In this document: positions 47,751 to 49,204 of the stretch, piece by piece
How the letters are laid out: each line of letters starts with the position of its first letter
Numbering within the stretch: the first letter of the stretch is position 1
Sequence record: DRR723986_13874
Length of the DNA: 49,204 nt
Strand: one strand, 5' to 3'
Notes under the pieces: generated by a model
Database searches by the model: none
What the model was told of the DNA's origin: nothing
What the model saw: the letters and a program-made list of their open reading frames with translations, nothing else
Program-made: the position numbers and the translations under genes

Positions 47751-49008
47751 GCCCCGCTTCTTCGTCGACGGTGGTTAGCGATGCTGTCCGTTGTGTCGTG
47801 TCGTTCGGCTTGGGTTGCATGACGGCGATGTGATTTCGCGTCAGGTCAAGCATGTACACGTCGCCACTCGCTGGAGACACCGCAATCGACACGTTCTTGC
47901 ATCCTGGCACTAGATCGACGTCGCCGATAATGGCAACGCGATTGCCGCTGGCATCGAACTTCTTGATACGTCCCAATGAGGCTTCCGCGGTGTAAACAAA
48001 TCCTTCTTGGTCGAAGCACACGTTCATTGGATTGCAGCAGGAGCCAAAACCTTCAATGCCCTTACGGTCCGACTTCCCCCAGTGGGTGATTTCTTTGCCA
48101 TCGAAATCGTAATGCACAACTCGATCTGCAGAATTCTCAGCGACGAACAACCCCTTGCTGCAGCATTGGACGTCCATTTGCCCACAGCAGCCGCGTAGCC
48201 CTTCAACGATGATCTTCCCGTCGGAAAGCTCTGCGTTGGTCTTCCAAATGTCGTAGCCGTAACCGGAAAGCGCACGCGTGGTCACAAAGACGGCATCTTC
48301 TGAGGAACAAATGGACGAGATTCGCATCTTTGACTTCACCAAGACTGCAACTTGTCGCTTGATCGCTTCCTCTGTGGGGCCGCCCTCGCCATCATCATCG
48401 TCATCCATGGCAGCCAATTGTTCTTTGTAGATTTCTAGCGTGTCGGGCAGTGATTGAAGCATCTGTTTCTCAGCCGACGAGAGCTCTTTCTCCTCTGCAC
48501 GTTTTTCAATCTGTGCAATGATGGATTCATACATCTCGATTTGTCGCTCCAGCGTGCCACGATTGGACGTACGCTTGAGGCTTTCAATGGCAGCTTTGCG
48601 AAGCTCGGCATCATCTTCTTTTAGCCGCAGTGCATGCGGTGAATCGGCTTTGCCAAGCAGCTTTCCGGTTGGTGAAAAATGATAGATCTGCCCCTCACCT
48701 CCGACCAAGACACTTTGGTCGACACGAACATTCACCGCCTCGGGTTTGAACGGGATCTCCCAGCTCTTAAGGACGGAGCCTTGATCATCCAGAATTCGCA
48801 GTTCGCCAGGACCGCTACCACAAGCGGCGACGATATTGCCATTGCCAGCTAGGCAAAAGGCATTGATCGTCGGTGCTCCCTTTTCCATCGAGATCGTTCT
48901 GGATTGCCGGTGCGTTGACATGCTTTCAACGCTTGCTGAGTCGGCAGCCACGGCGACCGAAAAGCTAGCGGCGCAAGCGGTCATCGCTAGAGCTAAACAA
49001 ATCTTCAT
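47731..49008 (-). CDS. Secreted NHL-repeat (beta-propeller) protein with vicinal-Cys motifs and a helical insert
   Basis: ATG 49008 with GGAG 8 nt upstream; signal peptide MKICLALAMTACAASFSVAVAA; NHL-like repeats (PEAVNV, LFVAENSADRVVHYDFDGK, NPMNVCFDQEGFVYTAE); GCCGQMD, QCCS, SCCNP and PGCK motifs. Confidence 0.85.
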   Translation of the reverse strand: MKICLALAMTACAASFSVAVAADSASVESMSTHRQSRTISMEKGAPTINAFCLAGNGNIVAACGSGPGELRILDDQGSVLKSWEIPFKPEAVNVRVDQSVLVGGEGQIYHFSPTGKLLGKADSPHALRLKEDDAELRKAAIESLKRTSNRGTLERQIEMYESIIAQIEKRAEEKELSSAEKQMLQSLPDTLEIYKEQLAAMDDDDDGEGGPTEEAIKRQVAVLVKSKMRISSICSSEDAVFVTTRALSGYGYDIWKTNAELSDGKIIVEGLRGCCGQMDVQCCSKGLFVAENSADRVVHYDFDGKEITHWGKSDRKGIEGFGSCCNPMNVCFDQEGFVYTAEASLGRIKKFDASGNRVAIIGDVDLVPGCKNVSIAVSPASGDVYMLDLTRNHIAVMQPKPNDTTQRTASLTTVDEEAGREQDEQ

Positions 49009-49204
49009 CCTTGTTTCTCCTGCTTTGGGCGAGTGAGGGGGCGTGACGCACGAAGGCGTTCGGGGCGTCACAGCGATTTATGCCTGCGAACCAATTTGCG
49101 CAGCGCATAAGCGCTCTTTGGGCAATGTAGCAGTTTGCTTGTTAGAAGGCAAAGATTTAATGCGCTTGCCGCAAGGCAACGCAGTTATTAAATCAAGGCA
49201 GTTT

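Overview
A 49.2-kb, gene-dense bacterial chromosomal window. Gene content (several sulfatases, a MoxR/vWA operon, characteristic hypothetical proteins) suggests a planctomycete, probably Pirellulaceae-like; this is an inference. From left to right it holds: a six-gene MoxR-DUF58-BatA/vWA operon running off the left edge; DUF4105, DUF202, deoC, a HAD hydrolase, topA and a PpiD/SurA-like membrane protein; a selenocysteine-machinery operon (selB-selA-selD, with SelD fused to an FAD oxidoreductase) behind an anti-sigma-like membrane protein; an apparently Fe-S-free bacterial (6-4)-type photolyase, a phytoene-desaturase-family oxidoreductase and a DinB/DfsB-like protein; three sulfatases and an L-fuconate-dehydratase-like enolase; a sucrose cluster (SPS-SPP, amylosucrase, HAD-IIB); hinT; and a secreted Cys-rich module at the right end. 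The most notable signal is in that last module. The PQQ-type beta-propeller reading frame has no start codon upstream of its conserved N-terminal motif and is joined to the upstream PhnD-like binding protein only by a -1 shift at an A9 run (46860-46868). This is a candidate programmed transcriptional-slippage or ribosomal-frameshift fusion, although a homopolymer sequencing error or a pseudogenising deletion cannot be excluded. I found no tRNA (including tRNA-Sec), rRNA, CRISPR array, transposase or in-frame-UGA selenoprotein by eye.
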